Source of the DNA: Octopus sinensis
Taxonomy: Eukaryota
Assembly (NCBI RefSeq): GCF_006345805.1
Contig: NC_042999.1
Coordinates: forward strand, 155,310,001-155,374,000
DNA: 64,000 bases
Direction of reading: 5' to 3'
A model generated the notes under the pieces. It saw only the letters and a program-made list of their open reading frames with translations, did no database searches and was not told the DNA's origin. The translations under genes were made by a program, and so were the position numbers. This document shows, piece after piece, positions 49,420 to 63,695 of the stretch. Within the stretch, counting starts at the first letter, position 1. Each line of letters opens with the position of its first letter.

Positions 49420-49905
49420 ATAATTAGTTTGTCCGTTGTCCTTGACGATCTTCAGGACATCACATGGGAGAAGAAGACCGAGCACTGTCTCCGGCTGTGG
49501 CCGATCGGTCCGATGTGTACTTGTAAGGCTCTGCCGAAGGTCAGGCACTAGGGATCTGCTGGGACTGAAAACGAGGATTTGGCTCTAGTTCGCGTTTTCT
49601 TTCTGCCCCTGCAATCCTGTTCTGTTCGTAGGAAGTGGCGTCTCTGTTGGTGCAGCTTCGCCAGACAGGACGGTCTTCTGCTTGTATTTCCCAGGTGTCA
49701 GGGTTTGATCTCAGATCTCTTCAGTGAGGCTTTGACCGTGTCCTTGAGACAGATTTTCTATCCACCTTGCGTGCGCTTGCCTTCGGCGCTTTCTTGTGGA
49801 ATCTTGGCAGGTGATTTTCAACAGCTTTCTAAGACAGTTCATGTGGAAGCGGTTTAGCTTTCTGGCGTGGCGTTCGTAAACCGTCCATGTCTCGCGGGCG
49901 TTGTG
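49420..49905 (-). pseudogene. 5'-truncated, internally deleted RTE LINE fragment (second family)
   Basis: ETWTVYERHARKLNRFHMNCLRKLLKIT, KDTVKASLK and PDTWE..AEDR..WR motifs, plus a degenerate single zinc finger. Confidence 0.8.
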
Positions 49906-49976
49906 ACAGTTACATGCATGCATACATACGTACGTACGAGTGCGCGCGCGTGTATGTGTGTCTTTATCTATGACAT

Positions 49977-50397
49977 TGGCGTAGGAGTGGCTGTGTGGCA
50001 AGCAGCTTGCTTACCAACCACATGGTTCCAGGTTCAGTCCCACTGCGTGGCACCTTGGGCGACTGTCTTCTACTATAGCCTCGGGCCGACCAAAGCCTTG
50101 TGAGTGGATTTGGTAGACGGAAACTGAAAGAAGCCCGTCGTATATATGTATATATATATATATGTATGTGTGTGTATATGTTTGTGTGTCTGTGTTTGTC
50201 CCCCCTCCAACATCGCTTGACAACCGATGCTGGTGTGTTTACGTCCCCGTAACTTAGCGGTTCGGCAAATGAGACCGATACAATAACTACTAGGCTTACA
50301 ATGAATAAGTCCTGGGGTCGATTTGCTCGACTAGAGGCGGTGCTCCAGTATGGCCGCAGTCAAATGACTGAAAGAATCAAAAGAGTAAAAGAGAGTA
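49977..50397 (+). mobile_element. SINE family A
   Basis: colinear with 6235-6727. Confidence 0.85.
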
Positions 50398-51068
50398 TAC
50401 TTAACGTATGTACATCGTTGAAAGCTCAGTAGCTTGAGATAAGATCCTTTATATGCGTACTATGTTAAACAATATACTTCAGAGCTAGACGAAACGAAAT
50501 CGTCCAGGAAGCGACCGCGAGAATAAGGGATGTGCATTTCGCCGTTCTTGCGGCTTATAAATGCCACGCAATCGGCACAAAATCTGAAGTATATACCCAG
50601 TTTTACTGACGTATATATATGTGGTGAATAAAAATATATAGATACCGTGAATAAATAATTTACCGAACAGCAAAGATACCGCTAGGATGAATAAAATTCA
50701 AAGTATGCAATCGAAGTAGCTCCAGATTAAAATCATTATGACAGAGGTTCTCTACATAAGCGGCACCGCCACCAAGAGGGCACTGAGCATATCAAAGATG
50801 GCCTCAGATTTTAGGGGACATTAAGCTTCAAAAGTCAGTGGGGGAGGCCGTGAGGTAACATAATTAACATATTAAATTTTTCTATAATAGTAATTATATT
50901 ATAAATGATAAAACCAGCAATGGTTATTAAGATAAAATGAGATCTCATCAGGCAGAAGGAAGTCATTAACTTCCAATGTATTCAGTAAATTTACAATTAT
51001 TGTCTTTATCAATTTTTTATCATTTCCTGTTAAAAGAATATACATAAAGACCCTCAAAGGTCTTTATA

Positions 51069-51110
<42 letters not shown>

Positions 51111-52815
51111 AGAACAATCTTACTTAGAAAGGGATGCGTGCGTTCCGTCATATAATATATTAATAAATAAAACATATGCATATATATGTAGATATATGTA
51201 CGTACCTACCTCTACATGTATATATACACGCATATATGAGTACAGGACACAAAAAAAAACGTCGAACACAATGAGAAATGAAAACATAGACACAAACACA
51301 AGGAACTGGACATTTTTTTAAACAACAAAAAAAGAGTACAGGTCAAATAACACAAGGAAAAAACCCCTTCTTCAGTCGCCATGGTTTCATCTACTCTACG
51401 TTTCGAAGGTAAAGGCTAGACGTATCTTCGATAAGAAACTTTCCTTCCTGCGAAAAGCAAATCAAATAAAATTTGAGATCTTTTTGCAGAGGGGTAAAAT
51501 GGTAACAAAACCAGGACAGTAACGACAGTACAAAATATAAGCAGTAAAAGACAGGACAAGGAAAATAACAAGACAAGAAGGGCTGTTAACGCCGAACGAA
51601 AAAAGGTATTACGAACGCTAAATTCTGTGAAACGGCGAACGGAGCAAAGAGAATTGCCGTCCACACCTCAAGAAGGTACAGGCTAGAAAGACAGTAGCGG
51701 AGCTCTCGTCGCGGGTCAACGACGGGAGGGAGGAGGAGGAGCAAGAGAAAGGGAGAGAAGAAAGGGGAATGGTTGTGAGGAAACCATGAAGAATGAGAGA
51801 GAGGGAGAGATAGCTAAGTAGAAGAAAAGGAAATCAAAGAATATATATATATTTGGTCGAACCTATTCACTCCAATAATGAATTCCTGAAGAAAAGTCTT
51901 ATTTTGATTTCGAAATGATTATTTTTTTCGTTTTGTTTTTGGAATTAATTAAGGTTGGAAACTATCTTTATTGGATTTGTACCAAGTTTGGATTAAAGAT
52001 CGTCTACACTTATATATTTTTTTCCTTTCCTTATCCTTTATATATATATATATATATATATAATTATATACTATAATAATACTCTTGTGCTTTTCTCCGT
52101 CACAACATATGACTGAGAAAGGAAGGAGTGATAGGTGAATAAGGAAGGAAAAGGTGATGGCAATTCTACGCTGAAAGAAAAATCAAACGGCGTTTCAACT
52201 CTGTGAGAGTGTATGTGTGTATGTGCGTATGTATACAAGGGAAGTATGTGAATGCTTGTATGGATTGGTGTAACATCTCAAAATACAACCACTAGATAAT
52301 ATTGAAAAGTGCATTGATTTGAATTACCATCCATATTCTATCTTTTGTCATTATTTACATATAAAATACTGCAATTAGCCGTTATTTTTGACGGCGTAGT
52401 AGTATTATTAATATTAGTATTATTATTATTTATTATTATTAATATTTAGCAGAAGCAACAAAATGACTGAAGGTCCGACGTGCGTTGGCACGTATCAAAC
52501 ATGCTAAATATTAACAAAAACATACATATACACATATTTTAAGTTCTATTTTTCCTCTTTGCATCAACCTACCTATATTTATATTGTATAAAGGATCGTG
52601 AGTAAGGCCACAACAATGCGAAGTAAATGCAAGGTAAATCACAAGAAAACAAATATGTGAATTAATGTAGACTTAACTTCTATTCAATATTTCGAGGTTA
52701 TGACCCCATTTTCAAGAAAATAAACGAATGTTGCCAATGTGCGTGTACTCTATACAATGCCTCATAGTAATCATTCCATTGTGTGTATGTGTGTGTGGGT
52801 GTGTGTAAATGTATG

Positions 52816-52889
<74 letters not shown>

Positions 52890-53379
52890 ATAAAACATAT
52901 GCATATATATAAACATATATGTACGTACCTACCTCTACATGTACATATACACGCATATATGAGTACAGGACACCAAAAGGACGTCGAACACAATGAGAAA
53001 CGAAAACATAGACACAAACCAAAGGAACTGGACATTTTTTTTAAACAACAAAAAAATAGAGTACAGGACAATTAACACAAAGAAAAAACCCCTTCTTCAG
53101 TCGCTATGGTTTCATCTACTCTACGTTTCGAAGGATAAAAGCGAGACGTATCTTCGACAAGAAACTTTCCTTCCTGCGAAAAGCAAATCAATTAAAATTC
53201 TGAGATCTTTTCGCAGAGGGGTAAAAAATGGTAACAAAAACAGGACAGTAACGACAGTACAAATTATAAACAGTAAAAGACAGGACAAGGAAAAACAAGA
53301 TAAGAAGGGCTATTAACGCCGAACGAAAAAAAGTATTGCGAACGCGGATTTTTTTATGAACGACGAGCGGAGCAAAAGG

Positions 53380-53423
<44 letters not shown>

Positions 53424-53613
53424 AGAGTTACGGAATGGAGTATGGAAAATTCGGGTTACATATGTCTCATACCGAGTGGGACCCCAGAACTGGTAAAATC
53501 CAAGTGAGGTGTATACTGCTGCCTATAACCTCATTTGTTCCAGGAAATTGTTTTTTTTTATATTCACTATGGATTCCTTGAAACTAACTACACCTCAGTA
53601 CCTGGATCTTACA

Positions 53614-53648
<35 letters not shown>

Positions 53649-53800
53649 ATTAGGGAGGGAGTAAGAAGCTTGCTTCCCAACCACATGGTTCCGGGTTCAG
53701 ACCTTCTGCATGGTACCTTGGGCAAGTGTCTTCTATTATAGCTTCGGGCCAACCGAAGCCTTGTGAGTGGATTTGGTAGTAAGAAACTGAAAGAAGCCTG

Positions 53801-53842
<42 letters not shown>

Positions 53843-54271
53843 TTTCGTTTAAAAATAACCTTTATGAATGACACGTGCGAAAACGGATGCCTCAAGGTCG
53901 CGATTTTGATCTCATTTCTGGTCCACGTAGCGATATTATTATAAACATCATAAATTCCGTACAAGCGAAGTCATGAAACCGCGCATCTATCTAAGCATAT
54001 TCCAGAATCATACTTTTAAGCTATACTTTCAATTAATACTTTTAATTCATGCTTTTAATAACAATGAATATGTAAGCTGGTGTTAATTCTGCACGTGCCT
54101 CCTGTCGCACATGTACCGACACGTATCCATCTGTATACACACTTATAGTTTTTAAAAACCTTAATTAGAAATATTAATTAAGAGTACAACCCAGAAATAT
54201 TATTCTGGAAAACTGCTTAAACAGCAACGTAGTTTCATGACTTTGTCTGGAGTTTGTGATGTTTTCTAATA

Positions 54272-54650
54272 GTGGCACTCCGTCGGTTACGACGACGAGG
54301 GTTCCAGTTAATTCGATCAACGGAACAGCCTGCTCGCGAAATTAACGTGCAAGTGGCTGAGTACTCCACAGACACGTGTACCCTTTACGTAGTTCTCGGA
54401 GTGATTCAGCGTGACACAGTGTGATAAAGCTGACCCTTTGAAATACAAGTACAACAGAAACAGGAAGAAAGGGTGAGAGAAAGTTGTGGTGAAAGAGTAC
54501 ACCAGGGTTCACTACCCCCTGCCTGAGCCTCGAGGAGCTTTAGGTGTTTTCGCTCAATAAACACTCTCAACGCCCGGTCTGGGAATCGAAACCGCGATCC
54601 CACGACTGCGAGTCCGCTGCCCTAACGTGTGGGGTCATTGCGCCCACACT
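54272..54650 (-). mobile_element. SINE family C
   Basis: reverse complement of 13315-13702. Confidence 0.83.
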
Positions 54651-55009
54651 TATATTAGTACTACCACAAGAACCAGAAATGAGATAAGAAGTGTAAGCTT
54701 GAAGCAGCCGCTTTCACACGTATCGTTCAAAAAGCTTTTTAAACTGTAGAACATAAGGATAACTGTTTCCTTCAACTTTTCATTTCAGATTTCAGAAAAT
54801 ATTCAGACAGTGAACATTTCAAAAGAAAACCAGACTTGGTTTACCAGCCGTTGAGGAGCCCTCTCTGCTGCAAATATTCGGACCAGGGTCTCTAGTCCCA
54901 ATTCCCATTTACAAATAGGGTTATCTGACAAAATGAAGTTTCGAGGTTGCTGTTATTACCAACAGTAGGAACATAACATTGACGAGTGTGATGACTAAGA
55001 CACATACGG

Positions 55010-55092
<83 letters not shown>

Positions 55093-55347
55093 ACAGGGTA
55101 AATAAGTTTACACAGGTACGTTTGATAAATGCAGATTCACCCTCATAGAGTCAGCTCAGTCCTGTCGTTAAACCATGGGGAGTCAGTTGGCTAAAGAAAG
55201 GAAATATCAACTTAACCGGTTCTCTCCGGTTATTGCCGACGTTGTGGCAAGTATGTAATTTGACAATTCCTCGTGAACACGCGCCCATGCACACCGATAG
55301 AGACATATATAAGCTATAAACAGACAGACAGAAAGATAGATAGACAT

Positions 55348-55385
<38 letters not shown>

Positions 55386-55417
55386 GGACAAACAGACAAA
55401 CAGACAGACAGACAGAC

Positions 55418-55583
<166 letters not shown>

Positions 55584-56273
55584 TTAGGACAGCTGAGAAC
55601 CAATTCTATGTCAAATTTTATGAGTAACAGATATCAATATCTTTCATCATTTCAGGGTCGATAAAAAAAAGTACCTGCTATGTACTGAGTCCGATATAAC
55701 CGACTTGCACCCTTCCGTTAAAAATGCTGGTTTTAAACCCTGCAACGTTCAGGAAATATGTTCTAACCTTGGTCTCATAAACCACGGAAACCGAATAACC
55801 AGCCTTGTCAGTCACTGGGCCCGAGAAAGGACAAAAATGTTGTTGGTTAAATGACGACTTTCGGCAAGATCTGAGCTAACCTAAAACAAATTTAGATTTT
55901 GGCATAATTAAGGCCGACCTAATGGAAATTTAGATTTTAGTATAATTAAGGCCGACCTAATAAAATTTTCAAAAAAAACTATCTGCAGAGATGGCTAGAT
56001 GTAACAAATGACTAGACACAAGCAGGAAGACAAAAAACTATTACAATAAAAAAAAACCTGTTTGAAGTAATGTGAAATTATAGAAATAAGAAAGGTGGAG
56101 GATGGAGATGAGTCAGAATAAAACATCATCACTTGGTAACAAGAGACCGAAGAGGATGGCGAGTCTCTTTTCGTTTTACGTTTAAATTGATGCTATTTAT
56201 TGTAGTTAAAGACCATCAGGTTATTAATTTAGGGTGGGAGAAGAGAATTAAGAGTTGCAAAAAAAGAATACAG

Positions 56274-56347
<74 letters not shown>

Positions 56348-56433
56348 TATGAACTTCCAACCTGTTGTCTCTTGAGGTCTCTAGGTGAGACTTGGAGCCA
56401 ACTTGTACAAATATAAAGCAAAAGTCAAACATA

Positions 56434-56482
<49 letters not shown>

Positions 56483-56518
56483 TCCTGAACGTTGCAGGGT
56501 TCAGAGCCAGCAGTATAA

Positions 56519-57215
56519 ATGCCCTGATGCAGTACCAATGCCCTGATGCAGTACCAATGCCCTGATGCAGTACTAATGCCCTGATGCAGTACCAATGCCC
56601 TGATGCAGTACCAATGCCCTGATGCAGTACCAATGCCCTCATGCAGAACTAAATACTCTGATGCAGTACCAGACAGTGGCTCTCATGGCTTCTGATCTTA
56701 ACTGATTGGAAGTGTTATCATGTACATTGTTTTGTCTTGGTATAAAAGATGGGCTACAGCAAATATTCTGCTCAATACCACAGATTTGCTTGTCAGTTGT
56801 TTGACCTTAACCAGTTGAGCATGTCCCTTAGTGGCTGACGATATGTGCAACTTTGATCACGAGCAGAGGTATTGGGAGAGCATCATAAGCCATGTGTCGA
56901 GAGGGATACTTTGGGGTTTGAATAATTCACCTCTGGAAACCTGGCTGTTTCGTTCAACATCCTTAAACAACCCTTATTCAGGGACCTTTTGAGCGGGATG
57001 GGTTACTCGACCAGAAGAAAATTCTAACTGAGCCCCAGCTGCAAGGTCATGTGCTGTTTATCTTGATATGAGATCACCATGTTGTGCACATATGGTTGTG
57101 ATGCATGTGTCTGGTGTACCTTTATCAGACGGGTAGTCATGATGGGTATATTGGGCTTCGTATATTTTACCCCAGTGTCACTTTGATGGCATGAACTGCT
57201 CTCTCACTCAATAAT
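56519..57215 (+). mobile_element. family D copy, with a 19-bp unit repeated ~8 times at its 5' end
   Basis: atgccctgatgcagtacca repeats at 56519-56670; (AAT)n nearby on both sides. Confidence 0.78.
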
Positions 57216-57262
57216 AATAATAATTAATAATAATAATATAATAATAATAATAATAATAATAA

Positions 57263-57800
57263 ATGCCCTGATGCAGTACCAGGCAGTGGCTCTCATGGCT
57301 TCTGATCTTAACTGATTGGAAGTGTTATCATGTACATTGTTTTGTCTTGGTATAAAAGATGGACTACAGATTTGCTTGTCAGTTGTTTGACCTTAACCAG
57401 TTGAGCATGTCCCTTAGTGGCTGACGATATGTGCATCTCTGATCACGAGCAGAAGTAGTGGGGGAGCATCATAGCCATGTGTTGAGAAGGATTCTTTGGG
57501 GTTTGAATAATTCACCCTTGGAAACAGGGGTTTTTCGTTTAACATCCTTAAACAACCCTTATTCAGGGACCTTTTGAACGGGATGGGCTACTCGACCAGA
57601 AGAAAATTCTAACTGGGCCCCACCTGCAAGGTCATGTGCTGTTTATCTTGATATGAGATCACCATGTCGCGCACGTATGGTTGTGATGCATGTGCCTAGT
57701 GTACCCTTATCAGACGGGTAGTCATGATGGGTATACTGGGCTTCGTATATTTTACCCCAGTGTCACTTTGATGGCATGCACTGCTCTCTCACGCAATAAT
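57263..57800 (+). mobile_element. family D copy in tandem with the previous one
   Basis: separated only by (AAT)n; ~24-bp internal deletion at an ACAG microhomology. Confidence 0.78.
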
Positions 57801-57804
57801 ATTA

Positions 57805-57845
<41 letters not shown>

Positions 57846-58125
57846 TAATAATAATAATAATAATAATAATGGCCGTTTTTATAAACCAAGAATGAAACCC
57901 GATTCTAACATTTGTATAAGACAGTCGTTTGTTTTCCAGTTCTATTTTCTCTCAAAATATATTCTCTCCTGTGAATGACAGCTTGTGTGTGTATGAGTGT
58001 GGATTATGAGTGTGTGTCTGTATCTGTGCATGTATATGTGTATGTATGTATGTATGTATGTATGTATGTAGTATGTATGTATGTATGTATGTATGTATGC
58101 ATGTATGTGTGCGTGTGTGTGTGTG

Positions 58126-58170
<45 letters not shown>

Positions 58171-59360
58171 TTTAAAAATTACATAGAAGGACGACAAAGG
58201 AACACAGAAGAATCGTACACAAGACGTGGACATGCTCTCCCCTCATCAGTTATCGTCCAAAAATCATAACAGTTTCGCGCCTTTAACGATAAGGTTGTTT
58301 GTTTTGGTGGCGTCAAGAACAAAATACTGTTGGAAATATATGTGTGTATGCGCGCTATATTTCCTGATGATAATTTTAGTAACAAAAGTATGCTTCCAAA
58401 GTCGGGTAATACCCTCGTAAATATATAAACACCCAAAAAAATCTTGGTTCTTGACATCATCAACCAATATATTCCTATTTCCGCCTTAAAACATGAATTC
58501 AGTAAATTATTGCCAATAACGAGCGGAAATGATTTTTTTTAGCTTGAAATAACTTCCTCAGAAATGCTGTTAGATTGTCGGTGGAACCAAAGTAAACAGA
58601 CGTTATGAGGTTTAAATCTAGAAACGACATCTAAAGACTCAGTGTACGCAATTGAAACAGCATTAAATCAAAATGGATATTTGTGTATCATACTAAAAGT
58701 TATGGAGCAATAGAATTGCTCATAGAAATACTGTGTTAGAAGCCTGATATACATCAGAAAGGGACGAACATTGGCACTACAGTGATTCAAGAAAATAACA
58801 GGCGCGTTTCGCCGTTATCAAGGCTTGTCAATGCCGTGCACCCATTTGTCACTTGCTTAAACGAAATTTGTGCCTGGAGATATAGGAAACATTGAACAAT
58901 GCATACATTGGTATAGAACAATGCATACATTGGTATAGAACAATGCATACATTGGTATAGTAGAAGCTTGCCGGGCTGTAAAATTCTACTACCCGGCAAG
59001 TTTCCACTATACTGGCATTGGCAAGTGGCATTGAAGGTGAAAAGTCATTGCAACGGCGATATTCGTCTGGTTCCGCTGTATATTGCGTTTTTAACACATG
59101 TCCGTGGGGATAGATTTTATCTTGGCCAATCCCACAGCCCCATGTCTTTTAATCGTGTATTACATTTAATATGATACACTAATGAAGGTTTTAACATCGA
59201 TCTGTTCTTGAAAAAAATAAACGTATTTTTTATCGTCCCGGTCAATTAAGGCTTCGTTATTATTAAGATCCCGAATTCGCTAAGTCTTTGTTTTCCAACA
59301 GCACTTATCCCACGATATTGTAAATTGATAAGAGCCGTAGGCAGGTTAGGAGGAGCGAAC

Positions 59361-59788
59361 GGATCTTTTCGGTTTGAACGGCAGTTTTTTCTAGCGGTGT
59401 CATATGGAATTGTCACCCATAATTATGACCCTAGTATCGATTTATTGCATTTCGATCTGTTTTAGAGTTAGGGTTAGTTATGGTTAGGGTTGGAGGGAAA
59501 GATATCTTTTTTTCTTCAGAAATGTAAATAAACCCAATCTGTTTCTTAAACGAGGGACATATTCATACGGCACAGAATGTTTTCACCTCAATAGACGTCA
59601 TTGATTGGTTGAAATAGCAGAAATTGAAGAAAGAAAGACAACAAATATCTTACAAATTATAGAATTTTCTCAATAAATCCAAGAGGAAAAGATGTTTTAT
59701 AAACACATTCTACCAGTATACGAAGTTTAAAAGTGTTTAGTTACGTGGAAATTATTTTTAAAAACTGCCGGTCAAACCGAAAAGATCC
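59361..59788 (+). mobile_element. MITE-like DNA element, 29-bp TIRs, 6-bp TSD GCGAAC, internal TTAGGG units
   Basis: ggatcttttcggtttgaacggcagttttt ... aaaaactgccggtcaaaccgaaaagatcc (one mismatch); gcgaac at 59355-59360 and 59789-59794. Confidence 0.85.
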
Positions 59789-60129
59789 GCGAACACATAA
59801 ATAAAGCCAACGTGACACATACCAAACAATCTTTAACCCATTTCTCTTATATTTCATTAGTTGTAATATAGGTAATTGTATTCTGCATTCATTAGTGTCA
59901 TGTTTCAGTAACAATGTCATTATGTTTGAAACATACAGCTACAGATGCAGGTGTGACATGAAGAAGATGAAACTCATGGGATCGTCCAGTGTCGTGAGGT
60001 TATGACGTCAGGGTTTGTTTTGGTCATTCAGATGTCAGTAGCCACCAGGAGACTGAGCAGACCAATCTCTCAAAAACATGAAAAGCTGGTCAAATATAGT
60101 AATGACTTAAGAGAGTTCTTCCAAGGTCA

Positions 60130-60547
60130 TAGCGCTGGAGTGGCTGTGTGGTAAGTAGCTTGCTTACCAACCACATGGTTCCGGGTTCAGTCCCACTGCG
60201 TGGCACCTTGTGCAAGTGTCTTCTACTATAGCCTCGGGCTGACCAATGCCTTGTGAGTGGATTTGGTAGACGGAAACTGAAAGAAGCCCGTCGTATATAT
60301 GTATATATATGTATGTATGTACGTGTGTATGTATATATTTGTGTGTCTGTGTTTGTCCCCCAACATCGCTTGACAACCGATACTGGTGTGTTCACGTCCC
60401 CGTAACTTAGCGGTTCGGCAAAAGAGACCGATAGAGTAAGTACTAAGCTTACAAAGAATAAGTCCTGGGGTCGATTTGCTCGAATAAAGGCGGTGCTCCA
60501 GTATGGCCGCAGTCAAATGACTGAAATAAGTAAAAGAGTAAAAGAGT
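60130..60547 (+). mobile_element. SINE family A
   Basis: colinear with 6235-6727. Confidence 0.85.
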
Positions 60548-60736
60548 CATACGATAAACAAATAAAAGAGATTCGAATTTTATCGCACAAGTGAACAAAA
60601 GAGTTTTTTTTCTAAGTTTGAAAAGGCGCCAATTTTGACAAATGTGCTCCGGCGGAGTGGCCACTCTCCTTGCTCCCCCACTAGTTAAGTCACTGAAACC
60701 GATAATTCAATTGTCGACGCTATGTAAATCGATACA

Positions 60737-60937
60737 CAGGGTGTCGACAGAGTCTGGGTACATGGAGTAAATAAAATCATATTATAAACAATTAAATGTA
60801 AGAAATAATAATTTCTTAAAGCATGTGTTAATCCCCATGTGGGAACATGGAGTAAATACAATCATAACATAAAGAATTAAATATAAGAAATAATAATTTC
60901 TTAAATTATGTGTTAATCCTCATCTATGGACACCCTG
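60737..60937. mobile_element. short Tc1/mariner-type MITE with an internal ~86-bp tandem duplication
   Basis: cagggtgtc ... gacaccctg termini, TA on the right side; two internal acatggagtaaata... copies. Confidence 0.5.
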
Positions 60938-61426
60938 TATAATATCCGACGCTATTGTTCACCACTGCCTAAGTTTACAAATTAAATTTCTCGTACGATA
61001 TCGTTTTCAGAATGCAGCACTTTTTCGTGCCTATTTCATACGATATAATAGGTCTGACGATGGCAAACAGTTGTGTATTCGTGTCTCTCAAGTTAAAAAC
61101 TAACACCGATAAGTTGTATTCATTTCTGTTTCGGGTTACTTCGCGGTTATCGGATCTGACATCCGCTCCAACAGAAGCACCCAACTTTACAAGTATGCTA
61201 AGGATGTGATGTGTCAGTTCTATGATATGGTTTCCCTTAATGCGATAATGCGATAATGTGTACGTGTGTGTGTGTGTGGGAGGGGTGTATGTGTGTGCGT
61301 GCGCCTGCGCGAGTGTGTATGTATGTATATGTACGTATATGTATGTATGAATGTATGTACGTTTGCATGTATGTATGTATATATGTGTGTGTATGTATGT
61401 ATATGTATGTGTGTATATTTGCATGA

Positions 61427-61463
<37 letters not shown>

Positions 61464-61517
61464 TACATACATATATATATATATACATACATATATATAT
61501 ATAACATATATATATAT

Positions 61518-61604
<87 letters not shown>

Positions 61605-62039
61605 TATACATATATATATACATATATATATATGTATGTATATATATATTATATATATTTATATATTATATATTTATATATATGTATAATATATATATAC
61701 ACATATATATATGTTTGCATATATGTATGTGTGTGTGTGTGTGTAATTTGTATATGTGTGTATTTGGGTGTAACCTTAAAATTCGTCAAGTCATCGAACG
61801 AGGAACAAAGAAGACCGCGTGTCACCAAAAACATTTGCAACCTGAGCCTCTTCAATGATTACGAGAATCTAGCGCATCTAAAATTAACAGTGTCATTCTG
61901 TAACTTTGTAAGCGACGAATATAGCTGAATGGTTAAGAAGACGCTTCACAATCACAAGGTCACGCATTCAATTTATTGCAACATGCATTTTTTCCATCAT
62001 TCTCAATCAGAAAGCGGAGGCTCGATTAATAACATAATC

Positions 62040-62150
62040 TTAAGATATTGTCCGCACATGACACTTAGACACGACACTTAGACAGATTACGGAGGCAATA
62101 TACATTAGCAGTAGACAGACCAAGCCCAACAGGAAACATGAATGGAATAA
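62040..62150 (+). pseudogene. possible Penelope-like GIY-YIG remnant
   Basis: LKILSAHDT...QITEAIYISSRQTKPNRKHEW resembles the R.I.EA..I....N.K.EW end of PLE endonucleases. Confidence 0.4.
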
Positions 62151-62689
62151 CACCCTTCCACTCCACCACACTAGGCAACCTGCGACTATAGACAGAATGA
62201 GAGAAAAAAAAAGAGACAGATACAATTAGCATAAAACATAAACCCAAATGCACACACACGCACACACACACGCATACACACACACAACACACATACACAT
62301 ATTAAAGACGGAATGAGAAAGAAAAGCAAAAAAAAACAAATAAATAACTAAATAACTGAATAAATAAAATTACTAAATAAAAGACTCTGGAACAAACAGT
62401 GTAGCAAGTAAACTCGTATACACTCACATAAAGCATACCAACAGAGACATGCACGCACGCGCACGCACACACACGTACACACACACATAGGCGAAACTAG
62501 TGCACAGATAAGGATACATACCACAGAAAAACAGAATCGACTGAGTAGAAAAAGAGACACTTGGAATAAAAAGTCACTGAAGAGGTCACAGAGAGTGTGA
62601 CGAAAGAACTTTGAGAAAAAAACTACTACTACAACAACAACAGCAAGAAGAAGAAGAAGAAGAAGAAGAGCTTTTTCATAATTTCTGTA

Positions 62690-63290
62690 GTTATCTTTAT
62701 GTCTTCTTGGACTTCTATATTTCTCTAACCTATCTTGGATTTCATGCAGCCACTCCGCTTATCATTATCCTCTACAGGTTGGTCCCAGATCCCTCTCCAG
62801 AATACCTTGCTTTCCTCTGCATCTAGTATCATTGTTACGTGCATTTGCCCATCTAGTTCCTGAAACAGTTTCTTCTGATTCGCTTCGAACACTCTTTTTT
62901 GCCTAAACTGTCTTTTCCTATTGTCATATCTTTCCAGTTTTGCATTGATTGCTTCTACTCTTTGTTTCAATTCTTCCAATATCACATCATATTCTTAACC
63001 TTTATCTCTTATTCTATATGTTCTCCCCTGTATTATTCTTATGCTTTCCTTCTGCAATTCCCCTCTTCTCTATCAATTTGTCCTAAATGTCTTTTTAACT
63101 TTGTTTCTCAGAAATTCGTCTACGCCAGTATGGTTCTTTACCTTCTGTTCGTTCTTTTCTTTTGTATCCAACTCTATCTGCAGTAATCTTGTTAGTTTAA
63201 GTTATATTTCTCGTCTGGAATAGCCCAAGGACCGAATCTACCTTTCCGGATTCAACCTTGAATTTGCGTCAGTCTCTGTACCTCAGGTTG
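62690..63290 (-). pseudogene. degenerate R4/Dong-clade non-LTR retrotransposon ORF fragment
   Basis: LNLRYRD..., KEPYWRRRI, LEELKQRVEAINAKLERYDNRKRQFRQKRVFEANQKKLFQELDG...DAEESKVFWRGIWDQPV. Confidence 0.75.
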
Positions 63291-63304
63291 AGGGGTGCTT
63301 GATC

Positions 63305-63480
63305 CTGGTCTTCTCTAATATTTTTTTACTTGTTCCAGTCATTGTAAGCCTAGTACTTATTCTATCGGTCTCTCTTGCCGAACCGCTAATTGGCGGGGAC
63401 GTAAATACACCAGTATCGGTTGTAAAGCGATGTTGGGGGGACAAACAGACACACACAAACACACATACACACGCACACAC

Positions 63481-63522
<42 letters not shown>

Positions 63523-63695
63523 TATATATACGACGGGCTTCTTTCAGTTTCCGTCTACCAAATCCACTCACAAGGCTTTGGTCGGCCCGAGGCTATAGTA
63601 GAAGACACTTGCCCAAGGTGCCACGCAATGGCACTGAACCCGGAACCATGTGGCTGGTAAGCAAGCTACTTACCACACAGCCACTCCTGTGCCTA
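63305..63695 (-). mobile_element. SINE family A, adjoining the R4/Dong-like fragment
   Basis: reverse-complement match. Confidence 0.82.

Noticed and set aside
56820-56875. CTGACGA...GAG/GAAG in family D as a hammerhead
   Set aside because: No GAAA core, and helices I and III do not pair.
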